The notes under the pieces are model-generated. The model worked only from the letters and a program-made list of their open reading frames with translations. It did no database searches and was not told where the DNA came from. Positions 18,532-28,298 of a DNA stretch of 64,000 nucleotides are shown here, piece after piece. The position numbers were made by a program, and so were the translations under genes. The stretch's first letter is position 1. Each line of letters opens with the position of its first letter. The stretch is from an uncultured virus (IMG/VR IMGVR_UViG_2541047343_000006). Its lineage: Duplodnaviria > Heunggongvirae > Uroviricota > Caudoviricetes. The stretch is from the IMG/VR virus record IMGVR_UViG_2541047343_000006, positions 62,001 through 126,000 of that record. The stretch is one strand, 5' to 3'.

Positions 18532-19705
18532 TAAAAGTATTTGGGACTACATGCATAAATTAGACTATAAATTAGAAACATTAGAAGAAAGAAAGAAATT
18601 TATTGATGAATTATTAAATCTAAAAAATATAGATGAGCTTAAATTCAGTGATGATGAATTTTGGCAAGAAGTATTCGATAAAGGAATATGCAAAGCTAAT
18701 TTAAATACAATAGATGTATTATGGTCAGAAACCAATATAAGTCATTTCTTAGAAAAAGTAGGTACATATCTATTAGCAAAGGATGATAAAAAAGAAGAAA
18801 AAGAAAATATAAAAGTATATGACTCTTATTCAGAATTTAAAAGGAGTATGCAACAAGAGAAAAAAATGCGAAAACATGCAGAGGTGGTTGAATTTGATGT
18901 TGAAGACAATGAAAATTCAAATGGAAAACCAGTAAGAATACTAAAAAATCAGAAAAATTTTAAACTATCTCCAGATATAAAAATAAGTAAAAAAGATAGA
19001 TTAAAATATTCTGAAATAGAAGATTATTATAAATATAAACAGTATTTATTAAACTTAAAAAATGATAAAGAGCATAGAGAAAATTTATCAAAAAGTATAA
19101 ATTCAAATAATGTAAAATTAAGAATTAAAAAAGGCGGGGATATTTACAGGTTTGCAATCAAACAACTACCACTAGTTCAGGATGATATGTTACAAGTCAA
19201 ACTCCAAAAAGATAAAAACATAATTTGGAAAGCTCCATTAAAAGATAGTTGTAATGACATCAATATAGACTGTGATTTAATAGATATGTTTGACCCAGTA
19301 CATGTAAAAGCTCTATTACAAATTCCTTATAATGATAACTTAATAGATGAGATAGCATTAAGTAAACAAGACATATTAAATAAAATAGAGTTAACTGATA
19401 CACAAAAAATTATATTATCATTATGGGAAAAAGGTGTTACACAAAATGAAATAGCCAAGCAATTAGGTATAGCTCAAAAAAATGTAAATTTACATATTGA
19501 TAGAATAGTAAATAAGTTTATAGATAAGTATACTGAAATATATGAAGACGAATATTATTATGTTTATTTAGTAAAAGGAAAGTATAAAAAATGTAGCAAA
19601 TGTGGAGAAATTAAACTAATACAAAGGTTTGATAAAAATGGGAAAAAGGGACATAAATCAATTTGCAAAGCCTGTAGGCAAGATGGTGTCCAAAATAGGG
19701 TATAA
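18491..19705 (+). CDS. Phage regulator with sigma region-4-like HTH and C-terminal Zn finger
   Basis: LTDTQK.ILSLWEKGVTQNEIAKQLGI; CSKC...CKAC. Confidence 0.65.
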   Translation: MALISGNFKGKIDNKSIWDYMHKLDYKLETLEERKKFIDELLNLKNIDELKFSDDEFWQEVFDKGICKANLNTIDVLWSETNISHFLEKVGTYLLAKDDKKEEKENIKVYDSYSEFKRSMQQEKKMRKHAEVVEFDVEDNENSNGKPVRILKNQKNFKLSPDIKISKKDRLKYSEIEDYYKYKQYLLNLKNDKEHRENLSKSINSNNVKLRIKKGGDIYRFAIKQLPLVQDDMLQVKLQKDKNIIWKAPLKDSCNDINIDCDLIDMFDPVHVKALLQIPYNDNLIDEIALSKQDILNKIELTDTQKIILSLWEKGVTQNEIAKQLGIAQKNVNLHIDRIVNKFIDKYTEIYEDEYYYVYLVKGKYKKCSKCGEIKLIQRFDKNGKKGHKSICKACRQDGVQNRV

Positions 19706-19791
19706 AATCGGCTGGAAAAGATATTAATATATGTAGGGGTAATTAATACTGCTACATATAAATAAAATATATAATAAAAGTCGAGGAGAGA

Positions 19792-20103
19792 TTGAAAATG
19801 AGAAAAAATGAATATGTAAAATTATTTCAAGAGAAACTAAAGGAAGAAGGATTAGAACTAAAACAAAAAGAAGTAGATGTAGTATTAGATGCATTTAAAG
19901 AATTAGTTGTAGATATATTTAAATCAGGTGAAGACGCTACTATAGGTGGATTTCTAAAAATAGGAAGAAAAGAAATAGAAGCATGTGAAAAAACACATAC
20001 TTTACCAGGAAAAGAAGGAGAAAAATATATTGTACCAGCGAGTACTAAACCAACAGTTAAATTTATAACTTCTTTTGTAAAAGAACACATGATATTAAAA
20101 TAG
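19792..20103 (+). CDS. HU/IHF-family DNA-binding protein
   Basis: VLDAFKELV...GEDATIGGF...VPASTKPTVKF. Confidence 0.8.
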   Translation: MKMRKNEYVKLFQEKLKEEGLELKQKEVDVVLDAFKELVVDIFKSGEDATIGGFLKIGRKEIEACEKTHTLPGKEGEKYIVPASTKPTVKFITSFVKEHMILK

Positions 20104-20172
20104 TTATAAACTAAATAAAATACAAAATTAAATAAATAAGCCTTAAATTAGGCTTATTATTATGGAGATACA

Positions 20173-20207
20173 GGAGATTCTTAATGGTTCGATTCCATTA
20201 ATCTCCA
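20173..20207 (+). ncRNA. tRNA-like minihelix (acceptor stem and T arm only)
   Basis: GGAGATT/AATCTCC-A acceptor; AATGG-TTCGATT-CCATT T arm. Confidence 0.5.
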
Positions 20208-20220
20208 TCTTTTAAGCAAA

Positions 20221-20259
20221 AAGAAAGCACATGTCGTGAGATAGCAGTAAGTCTTTCTT
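20221..20259 (+). repeat. 39-bp structured leader motif, copy 1
   Basis: AAGAAAGCACATGTCGTGAGATAGCAGTAAGTCTTTCTT, identical at 21882-21920. Confidence 0.85.
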
Positions 20260-20289
20260 TTTCTTTTTTTATTAAGAAAGAGAGGATGC

Positions 20290-21489
20290 ATGGAAAAAAA
20301 ATATTTAAATGAGATATTTAGAAACAAAAAGTTTAATAAAAATAGCTTAATAATAAGTCCTACTGGTTCAGGTAAGACACATTATATTATTAATTATTTA
20401 TGTAAGAATAAAAAAGTATTATATTTATGTGATAATAGTAATTTAGAAGAACAAATATTATTAGAAAATAACACAAGGAGCTTAAAGAATAATTTACCTA
20501 AACATGGTTTTGAAAAAACAGATATAACTGTGATGACATATAAAGCATTTGGATACAAAATTAAATATGATTTAGACAACAAATACATAAATCAATTTGA
20601 ATTAATAATAGCAGATGAAATACATAATCTTATTGATTATCAAACTTTTTCTAATGATGCAGATTTGTCTCATGCAATAAGAGCATTGATGAAAAAATAT
20701 AATAAAACAATAATATTAATGTTTACCGCTACACCTTATTATATAAATGATTTAAAAAGCAGATATGATGATATAGGTAAATATTTTGATACAATCGATT
20801 ACTCAACTAGTAAAGAAATTAAAAGATATATTAATAAAAGAGAATCATATATAAATCATATTTCTCAAATACAATTTCAATTAGATGAGTATAGACAATC
20901 ATTTGAATATGCAGATATGAAATGTCTTATATATACAACAAGTATAAGTAACATGCAATTCATAGAACAAATGTGTATAGATAAAGGTTTAAATCCAATT
21001 TGTATATGGTCTAATAATAATAAAGATTATGAAATGACAGAACAACAATTAGAAGTAAGAAAGTATTTAATAGAAAATGGAGAATTAAAATTTCCATATA
21101 ATGTACTAATAATTAATAGAGCTACAGAAACAGGAGTCAACATATATGATAAAGACATGCAATTGGTCATAGTTAATACTACAAATTTGACTCAACAAGT
21201 TCAGGCTAGAGGTAGAGTAAGACATGATGTTGACTTATTAATAGTTAGGACTGATGATGATAAAAAAGTAGATGTAATTACAATAAAAGATGAATATTTA
21301 AGTCAATGGTTATTAAAAGTAGATTTAGAAAATTTAATAAAAGAATATGGATTAAAAGACAATAAAAAAAGAATAATGTCAGTTAATAAATTTATTAATT
21401 ATTTAGAAAAACATGATTATAAAATTAAAAAAACTATTAAAAGATTAGATGGGAAAAGAATTACTATGTATAAAATAAATAAAATATAA
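20290..21489 (+). CDS. SF2 (DExH) helicase
   Basis: SPTGSGKT, DEIH, TAT, TGVN and QARGRVRH. Confidence 0.9.
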   Translation: MEKKYLNEIFRNKKFNKNSLIISPTGSGKTHYIINYLCKNKKVLYLCDNSNLEEQILLENNTRSLKNNLPKHGFEKTDITVMTYKAFGYKIKYDLDNKYINQFELIIADEIHNLIDYQTFSNDADLSHAIRALMKKYNKTIILMFTATPYYINDLKSRYDDIGKYFDTIDYSTSKEIKRYINKRESYINHISQIQFQLDEYRQSFEYADMKCLIYTTSISNMQFIEQMCIDKGLNPICIWSNNNKDYEMTEQQLEVRKYLIENGELKFPYNVLIINRATETGVNIYDKDMQLVIVNTTNLTQQVQARGRVRHDVDLLIVRTDDDKKVDVITIKDEYLSQWLLKVDLENLIKEYGLKDNKKRIMSVNKFINYLEKHDYKIKKTIKRLDGKRITMYKINKI

Positions 21490-21881
21490 CTGTACAAAAA
21501 AATGGGACTTTTTAGTTGAGGAGTCCCAAAATTTTGTACAGTTATATTTTATAACATAGAATAGTAAATCACAAGGCTTTAGCCGAAGTGATGCGGTAGC
21601 TATTACTAACGCCTTCACTTCGTTCAGTTGTTATCCTCAGCTAAAGCTTCGGATTTACTATTTTTAATTTAATACATATGGGTTAAAAACCCCTTCATAT
21701 GGTGACATATGGTAGCAAACCTAGAATATGCTAAAAGTTAATACAATTAGCAGAGATAGCTCATTTGAGAAGCTCTGGTGACTAATAATAGGCATCTTAT
21801 ATTGTAAGATGATGATGTCACTAAAAATATTAAACTACAACGTGAAATTTGTGGGATAATTACTCACCATTTCAGAACTGG

Positions 21882-21920
21882 AAGAAAGCACATGTCGTGA
21901 GATAGCAGTAAGTCTTTCTT
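21882..21920 (+). repeat. 39-bp structured leader motif, copy 2
   Basis: Identical to 20221-20259. Confidence 0.85.
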
Positions 21921-21956
21921 CCTTTTAAATAAATACTAAAAGGGAGATTTGATAAA

Positions 21957-22844
21957 ATGAATGGTGAAAAACTTATAGAAAATAAAGAATTAAGAGATAG
22001 AAATATAGATAGAGTAGATGTATTGGAACATGTGAAAGAGATATTAACTTTAGCAAATACAGATTTTAGTACAGTAGAACTTGTTTCTGAGTATTATGAA
22101 GTTAAAGAAGCTACAGTTCAAGAATGCATAAGATTAAACAAAGAGGAGCTAAAGAATGATGGACTAAAAAAATATAAGAAAAATGAGATAATATCTATAT
22201 TTGAACGAAATCCAATTAATTTGGAAAACGTAAAAAATGAAAGAACAAAATCAATAGTAACATTTAAAAACAATGAAAGTGTATCTATAAATAATACAGG
22301 ATTAATATTAATACCAAAAAGAGCAATTCTCAGAATAGGTATGTTACTTAGAGATTCAGAAGTTGCTAAAGAAGTTAGAACTAGATTACTAGATATTATA
22401 CACGATGCAGAAGAACAAACTGAAATTGTAAATGATGTAATAGAAGAAATTAGAACTGAACAAAATATAAAAGAAGATATGCTTGAAGCGATAATTTCTG
22501 GCGACCATAATAAATTATCTGTACTACAGACAGAATTAATAGGGTTGAAGAATAAAAGAATATCTCATTTAGAAGATATTATAACTAATTCAGTCACTAT
22601 AACAGAAAGTAAAGCTATTATTAATAAATGTGTTAGGACAATAGCAGTTAAAAAATTTAATTGTATGTTTGGTAAAGCATGGGATGAATTTTATAGATTT
22701 ATTAACTATAAACTTGGCATTAATGTTAGAAATCGAAAAGGTAAAGGATTAGCTAGATTTTCAGATGAAGAAATCTTAAAGATGGAGAAGATAGCGAAAA
22801 GCTGGTTAGAGGAAAATGATATAGATTTTAAATTGGTAATATAA
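21957..22844 (+). CDS. Phage antirepressor-like DNA-binding protein
   Basis: RAILRIGMLLRDSEVAKEVR motif, common in Firmicutes phage regulators. Confidence 0.6.
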   Translation: MNGEKLIENKELRDRNIDRVDVLEHVKEILTLANTDFSTVELVSEYYEVKEATVQECIRLNKEELKNDGLKKYKKNEIISIFERNPINLENVKNERTKSIVTFKNNESVSINNTGLILIPKRAILRIGMLLRDSEVAKEVRTRLLDIIHDAEEQTEIVNDVIEEIRTEQNIKEDMLEAIISGDHNKLSVLQTELIGLKNKRISHLEDIITNSVTITESKAIINKCVRTIAVKKFNCMFGKAWDEFYRFINYKLGINVRNRKGKGLARFSDEEILKMEKIAKSWLEENDIDFKLVI

Positions 22845-22862
22845 TTTAAATTTGTTTTCAAA

Positions 22863-22939
22863 AGGGATATAGCTCAGGTGGTTAGAGCATTCGGTTTATA
22901 CCCGAAAGGTCATAGGTTCGACTCCTATTATTCCTACCA
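22863..22939 (+). tRNA. tRNA-Ile(UAU)
   Basis: Complete cloverleaf; anticodon stem TTCGG/CCGAA with loop TT-TAT-AC; encoded CCA. Confidence 0.9.
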
Positions 22940-22944
22940 AATAT

Positions 22945-23035
22945 GGAGAGGTACTCAAGTGGTAAAGAGGATAGTTTGCTAAACTATTAGGTCAATTAAT
23001 TTGATACGAGGGTTCAAATCCCTTCCTCTCTTCCA
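22945..23035 (+). tRNA. tRNA-Ser(GCU)
   Basis: ATAGT/ACTAT stem with loop TT-GCT-AA, long variable arm, TTCAAAT T loop, CCA. Confidence 0.9.
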
Positions 23036-23090
23036 ATAAAAAAAGTTTGTTATTTTTAAATAATATCTTAATTAAAAGGGAGATGTTTTT

Positions 23091-23708
23091 ATGGTTAAAT
23101 ATAATGTTCATAAAGCTTTAGCAGAAAAGAAGTTATTAGAAGATAAGATAGATAGATGCATTAGTAATTTTAAAATTGTAGGTACTAAAAAAGGCTCTGA
23201 TAAAAATGTATATGAAACAAAAACAAGTGTAGAAGATTTTAATGTAGAAGTTTCAAGTAAATACCAACAAATAGAAGATTTAATATATAATTATAATGCA
23301 TTAGATAAAGCAATTAATATCTCTAATGCTGTAACAAATGTTCAAATTGGTAATAAAAATTATACAGTTTTAGAAGCAATAAAAAGAAAAAATAGTATAG
23401 AATTAGATAAATCCTTGTTGAGACAAATGGTTAGTAACTATGATTGTATGATGTCTGAAGTAAATCGTAGAAATGAAGAAGTACAAAGAAATACAGATAA
23501 AATGTTTGAGGAAAAAGAAAAAAGTGAAGATGGAGCAAAATTTATTTCATTTTATAAAAAACAACAAGAATGGTCTTTAGTAGACCCTTTAAAAGTAAGA
23601 GAGAAAATAGAAAAGTTAAGGGATGAAATAGAAGAATTTGAAAAAGAAGTTGATTTTGCATTGAGTACATCAAATGCACTTACAATTATAGATGTAGATT
23701 TAAAATAG
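23091..23708 (+). CDS. Coiled-coil hypothetical protein
   Basis: 205 aa; motifs HKALAE.KLL..KI, SNA.T.V.IG..YTV.EAI, LVDPL, VDFALS.SNA.T.I. Confidence 0.8.
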   Translation: MVKYNVHKALAEKKLLEDKIDRCISNFKIVGTKKGSDKNVYETKTSVEDFNVEVSSKYQQIEDLIYNYNALDKAINISNAVTNVQIGNKNYTVLEAIKRKNSIELDKSLLRQMVSNYDCMMSEVNRRNEEVQRNTDKMFEEKEKSEDGAKFISFYKKQQEWSLVDPLKVREKIEKLRDEIEEFEKEVDFALSTSNALTIIDVDLK

Positions 23709-23730
23709 TCCTTAATTGGACTATTTTTTA

Positions 23731-24028
23731 ATTTGCAGGTTAGGTGAATAACATAAATTATAAGTTCCCATTGATTTTGGGTTAAAAATCAAACTGCTTA
23801 TATAAAAAGTGATGGGTACATACAAACGAAACGATTGTACTGTATAAAAGAGAACAATGGATATAAAGCTTAAAGTTAAAAATTCAAATGTAAAATCTCA
23901 AGGATAAAAGATTAAATTATTAAAATAGTAAAAATAAAATAAAAAAGTTATAGAAAATCCTTGATAAATGCTAAATGCGTTAACTTATATTAGCTATTGT
24001 TAGCTACAAGGCTGCCTAATTTGCAAAT
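23731..24028 (+). ncRNA. Candidate structured ncRNA with a heptad A-tract core
   Basis: 15-bp closing stem with three G-U pairs, nested helices and eight 7-nt units. Confidence 0.55.
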
Positions 24029-24077
24029 AAATATATTCCCAGTAGAGTTAATAAAATTATAAAAAAGGTGAGAGTAC

Positions 24078-24266
24078 ATGAAAAATAATAAAGGAACAGT
24101 ATTAGAAAAATGTGAAATAATAAAACAAGAAAATAATACATATAAAATTATAGAACATTTGAAAGATGGAGACCATGAAGTATTACTTAGTGATGTTTTG
24201 GATAAGTATACTGGTGATACAGATTTAAACATAACGATAAGATTAAGTGAAACAATAGTCCAATAA
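24078..24266 (+). CDS. Small phage protein (SPbeta YonK-like by position)
   Basis: IIEHLKDG...LSDVLDKYTG..LNITI; precedes the phosphoesterase. Confidence 0.55.
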   Translation: MKNNKGTVLEKCEIIKQENNTYKIIEHLKDGDHEVLLSDVLDKYTGDTDLNITIRLSETIVQ

Positions 24267-24342
24267 ATCAATATTGGACTATTTATTTTTTACTTAATAC
24301 ATTGATAATGATATTTATGTGATAAATAGGGAGATATTAAAT

Positions 24343-25536
24343 ATGGAAGACATATTGAAGAAAAAAGAAGATGAGTCACTAGTTGACTATAGGATTAGAA
24401 TACGATTGGCAAAGGTTAATAAAGAGATAGATTTGGATTGGGGAGAGATAGTTGAACTATTAGGGTTAGAATGTTCTCCAGACCATTGTAGGAAGGTTTC
24501 TTATGGGTTGAAAGAGGCTTTTGATTATCTTAATTCTAAGATACAGAATAATTCTACCCAAGAAGAGGTTGATAAAATAAATGAGAAAATATTAGAGTTG
24601 AAAAAGATAAAGGTACAGTTATCTGATGAAAGGTCGTTAGTAAATAAGAAAATAAGAGAATATTCAAGGATAGATAATATAATTGATTTATTTAATAATA
24701 AAATAGATGATATATCACTTCATAAGCCGTTTCTAAGTGATTCTAGTTACAAATGCTATGAATCTTCAAATCAAGAGGCTATTATGCTAATTTCAGACAT
24801 ACATTATGGATTAGAGACTATTAATGCATTTAATAGATATAATTCAGAAATATTCAAGATAAGGCTACAATATTTAAAAGATAAAATTATTGAATATAGT
24901 AAGTTACATAGGGTTAAGAGACTACATGTAATGCTACTTGGAGATTTAATCTCTGGCCACATACATAATTCTATAAGATTAGAAAATAGAGAAAATATAG
25001 TTGAACAAATTATAGAAGTATCTGAAATACTTAGTGAATTTATATATGAATTATCTAAAGAAATTGATAAAATCATTGTTTATTCAGCAGGTGGAAACCA
25101 TGATAGGATTCTTCCTGGAAAAGATGAAAATTTAGATAAAGATAATTTTACACTATTAATAGATGAATATATAAAGCTAAGAATTAAAAGTTTAGATAAT
25201 GTAATATTTCAAGAAAATATATATGATAATGACATAATAGTAGCTAAAATATGTGGAAATACATGTTTCGCAGTACATGGAGATAAAGATAAAATGTCTA
25301 CAGCAATTCCTAAATTAACCTCTCTTATAAAATTAATTCCTGATTATATTTTCATGGCTCATCTACACAATTGTAAAGAAGATAGTTATGGAGAAAGTGA
25401 AATTATTGTAAATGGAAGTTTTTCTGGAACAGATACATATGCTAAGAATCTAAGATTAAGTTCATATGCAATGCAAAAATTAATGATATTTAATGATGAT
25501 GGAAGATTATGTACTTATAATATTAAGCTTAAATAG
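24343..25536 (+). CDS. Calcineurin-like metallophosphoesterase
   Basis: SDIHYG, LGDLISG, GNHD, HGD and AHLH. Confidence 0.85.
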   Translation: MEDILKKKEDESLVDYRIRIRLAKVNKEIDLDWGEIVELLGLECSPDHCRKVSYGLKEAFDYLNSKIQNNSTQEEVDKINEKILELKKIKVQLSDERSLVNKKIREYSRIDNIIDLFNNKIDDISLHKPFLSDSSYKCYESSNQEAIMLISDIHYGLETINAFNRYNSEIFKIRLQYLKDKIIEYSKLHRVKRLHVMLLGDLISGHIHNSIRLENRENIVEQIIEVSEILSEFIYELSKEIDKIIVYSAGGNHDRILPGKDENLDKDNFTLLIDEYIKLRIKSLDNVIFQENIYDNDIIVAKICGNTCFAVHGDKDKMSTAIPKLTSLIKLIPDYIFMAHLHNCKEDSYGESEIIVNGSFSGTDTYAKNLRLSSYAMQKLMIFNDDGRLCTYNIKLK

Positions 25537-25678
25537 AGCTAATTATTAAAGGACTAATACGATAATATTCCATCATTATGATATGGTATTAGTCCTTTAA
25601 TGGGCTAAATTCAATCTCCCTTCTGAGGTCGGTTTCATGCTGACCTCTCTTTTTTCATCTCAAAAGGAGAGTGATAAA

Positions 25679-26539
25679 ATGGCTAGAAAAGGTAAAATTA
25701 AATGTTCTTGTTGTGGAGAAGAAAAGTCAGCAGCAAGAGATTTTTATAGTAGCTCTAGTAAATTACATAAGAGCTTGAGTACTTTTCCTATGTGTAAAAA
25801 TTGTATTGAAGAATTATATGATGAGTTAGTTTACAGGTATGCTGGGGATAAAAAAATAGCAGCAAAGAGACTATTTGTAATGTTAGATGTTTATTATGAT
25901 GAAGACTTATATAATGCATGTATTAACAAGGAAAACAAAGGAAAATCTAAATGGTTAGGCGAGTACATGAAAACTAAAGCAAATGCTAGATATGTGAGTA
26001 AATCAAGTCTTGATAATATTAATTCAAAAAATCCAGTTGAAGATGATATTGATTCTGATTTTAAATTAAATGAAATAAAAATAAATAATGATATGGTCGA
26101 AAGATGGGGAGCAGGACTAAGAAAAGAAGATTATATGTTTTTAGAAAATAAATTTAATGAGTTTTCTATGGCATATCAATGTAAAAGACCTGCTGAAAAA
26201 ATGTTGTTAGAACAAATTTCTAAATGTTTATTAAAGAGCGATGAAGCACTAAGAAATGGTGATGCTACAGGGTTTGAAAAAATGAATACCTTAATATCAA
26301 AACTTATGAATGATGCAAATATAAAACCTATTCAAGAAGCCAGTTTAGCAGAAAATGAAACGATTACATGGGGTACATGGATTGATAAAATAGAAAATTA
26401 CAGACCTATAGGAGAGCCTTCAGAACAATTCAAAGATGTAGATAAAATAAAAACATATATTAATAAGTGGTTTATAGGACAAATGAGAAAAGTATTCGAT
26501 TTAGCTAGTGAGGATAATCCAAATGATGACCAAGACTAG
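25679..26539 (+). CDS. Zn-finger protein, putative terminase small subunit
   Basis: CSCC...CKNC; directly upstream of terL. Confidence 0.5.
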   Translation: MARKGKIKCSCCGEEKSAARDFYSSSSKLHKSLSTFPMCKNCIEELYDELVYRYAGDKKIAAKRLFVMLDVYYDEDLYNACINKENKGKSKWLGEYMKTKANARYVSKSSLDNINSKNPVEDDIDSDFKLNEIKINNDMVERWGAGLRKEDYMFLENKFNEFSMAYQCKRPAEKMLLEQISKCLLKSDEALRNGDATGFEKMNTLISKLMNDANIKPIQEASLAENETITWGTWIDKIENYRPIGEPSEQFKDVDKIKTYINKWFIGQMRKVFDLASEDNPNDDQD

Positions 26540-28298
26540 AAAGCTAAATAATAACGAAATTAACTCAGATAAAAATAAAGCTCTTGAAGAAGGAATAATT
26601 GAATGGACTAAGTTCTATAGAGAAAATCCACATAGATTTTGTATTGATTATTTTGGTCTTAATTTATATTTAGTTCAAATTATTCTTATATATATGTTTG
26701 ATAAATGTAATTATGCGATGCTTATATGTGCCAGAGGGTTTGCAAAGAGCTGGATTGCTGCTGTATATGCATGTTGTAGAGCTGTTTTATATCCAAATTC
26801 TAAAATTGGTATAGCTGCATTTACTAAATCACAAGCAGAACTTATTATAAGAGAAAAGATAGAAAAAGAATTAGTAAAACAATCTCCTATGTTAGCTAGA
26901 GAGATTAAAAAGATAGAATATAATAATAAATTTTCTAAAGTAACATTTCATAATGGAAGCACTATAGAAGCTATAGTCTCAAATGAGCAATCAAGAGGTT
27001 TCCGTTTCAATATTCTTATTGTAGATGAGTTTAGATTGGTAAAAAAAGAAATACAAGATAGGATTCTTAAGCCATTTCTAAATGTAAGTAGAAATCTAAA
27101 GTTTAAAAAAGATGGAAAATATGAAGATTACCCTCCGGAGCCTAATAAAGAATTATATTTAAGTAGTGCATGGTTTAGGATGCATGAAGCATATGACAAA
27201 TTTAAATTGTATGTGAAAGATATGGTAGATGGTAGAGATAAATTTGTACTTAATTGTAATTATAAACTTTCTCTTCATCATGGAATATTAGATAAAGAAA
27301 GAGCAGATGAAATGAAAAGAGAAATGGATGCTGTTTCTTGGATTATGGAGATGGAATCACTTTTCTTTGGGGAAAATGAAGATGCTATATTTAAATCATC
27401 TTATGTGAATCCATGTAGAACATTAAAAAATCCATTTTATCCTCCAACAGATTTAGAAATATTATCTGCTAAAAATGGAAAAGTTAAGTGTAATTTACAA
27501 AAAAGAAAAGGTGAATTGAGGATAATTTCTGCTGACATTGCTGTTGCAGAAGGAGACAATAATGATAACTCAGTGTATACATGTTGGAGATTATTGCCTG
27601 AAAAAGATTATTATGAAAGAATGGTTGTTCATATAGAATCTCATAATGGTATGAAGCCAGACAAACAAGCAATAAGATTAAAACAATTATTCTTTGATTT
27701 CGAAGCAGATTTCTTAGTTATAGATACTCAAGGGGTAGGCCAAAGTGTTTTATCTGATTTACTTAGGGTTAATTATGATGATGCTAGAAATAAAGAATAT
27801 AATGCGTTTTCTCATGCTAATACAAATCATTTACATAATAATTTTATTACAAAAGAGAATTATCCAGTTATATTTGAGATTAAGGCATATGGACAAATAA
27901 ATCATGATTGTATAATTGGCTTACTTGATGTATTTCTAAAAAATAGAATAAAGTTACCTATAAATGATGTAGAAGCTAATGACATGTTAAGTAGTACATC
28001 TGGATATGCAAAGAAAAATTATACAGACCAAGCGAGAATGATATTACCATACAAACAAACTACACTACTTGTAAACGAATTAATAAACTTAGAAACTGTT
28101 AAAAATGATGGTCAAAAGTGGCTTAAGGTCAAAGAAAAGGGAAAAGCAAGAAAAGATAGATATTCTTCTTTAGCATATGGAAATTATCTAGCAAATTTAC
28201 TAGATGGAGAATTAAAAAAAAGAAATAGTAAGAACAGTGGACAAATAATTTCATTCTGGTCAGGAGGTGGAAACCATAATAGAACTCAAAGAAGATAA
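26508..28298 (+). CDS. terL: Terminase large subunit
   Basis: ARGFAKS, RGFRFNILIVDE, LSSA, nuclease ISADIA and KDRYSS. Confidence 0.9.
   Translation: MRIIQMMTKTRKLNNNEINSDKNKALEEGIIEWTKFYRENPHRFCIDYFGLNLYLVQIILIYMFDKCNYAMLICARGFAKSWIAAVYACCRAVLYPNSKIGIAAFTKSQAELIIREKIEKELVKQSPMLAREIKKIEYNNKFSKVTFHNGSTIEAIVSNEQSRGFRFNILIVDEFRLVKKEIQDRILKPFLNVSRNLKFKKDGKYEDYPPEPNKELYLSSAWFRMHEAYDKFKLYVKDMVDGRDKFVLNCNYKLSLHHGILDKERADEMKREMDAVSWIMEMESLFFGENEDAIFKSSYVNPCRTLKNPFYPPTDLEILSAKNGKVKCNLQKRKGELRIISADIAVAEGDNNDNSVYTCWRLLPEKDYYERMVVHIESHNGMKPDKQAIRLKQLFFDFEADFLVIDTQGVGQSVLSDLLRVNYDDARNKEYNAFSHANTNHLHNNFITKENYPVIFEIKAYGQINHDCIIGLLDVFLKNRIKLPINDVEANDMLSSTSGYAKKNYTDQARMILPYKQTTLLVNELINLETVKNDGQKWLKVKEKGKARKDRYSSLAYGNYLANLLDGELKKRNSKNSGQIISFWSGGGNHNRTQRR

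Noticed and set aside
23990..24271. 93-aa minus-strand ORF
   Set aside because: Antisense to 24078..24266 and lacks an RBS.
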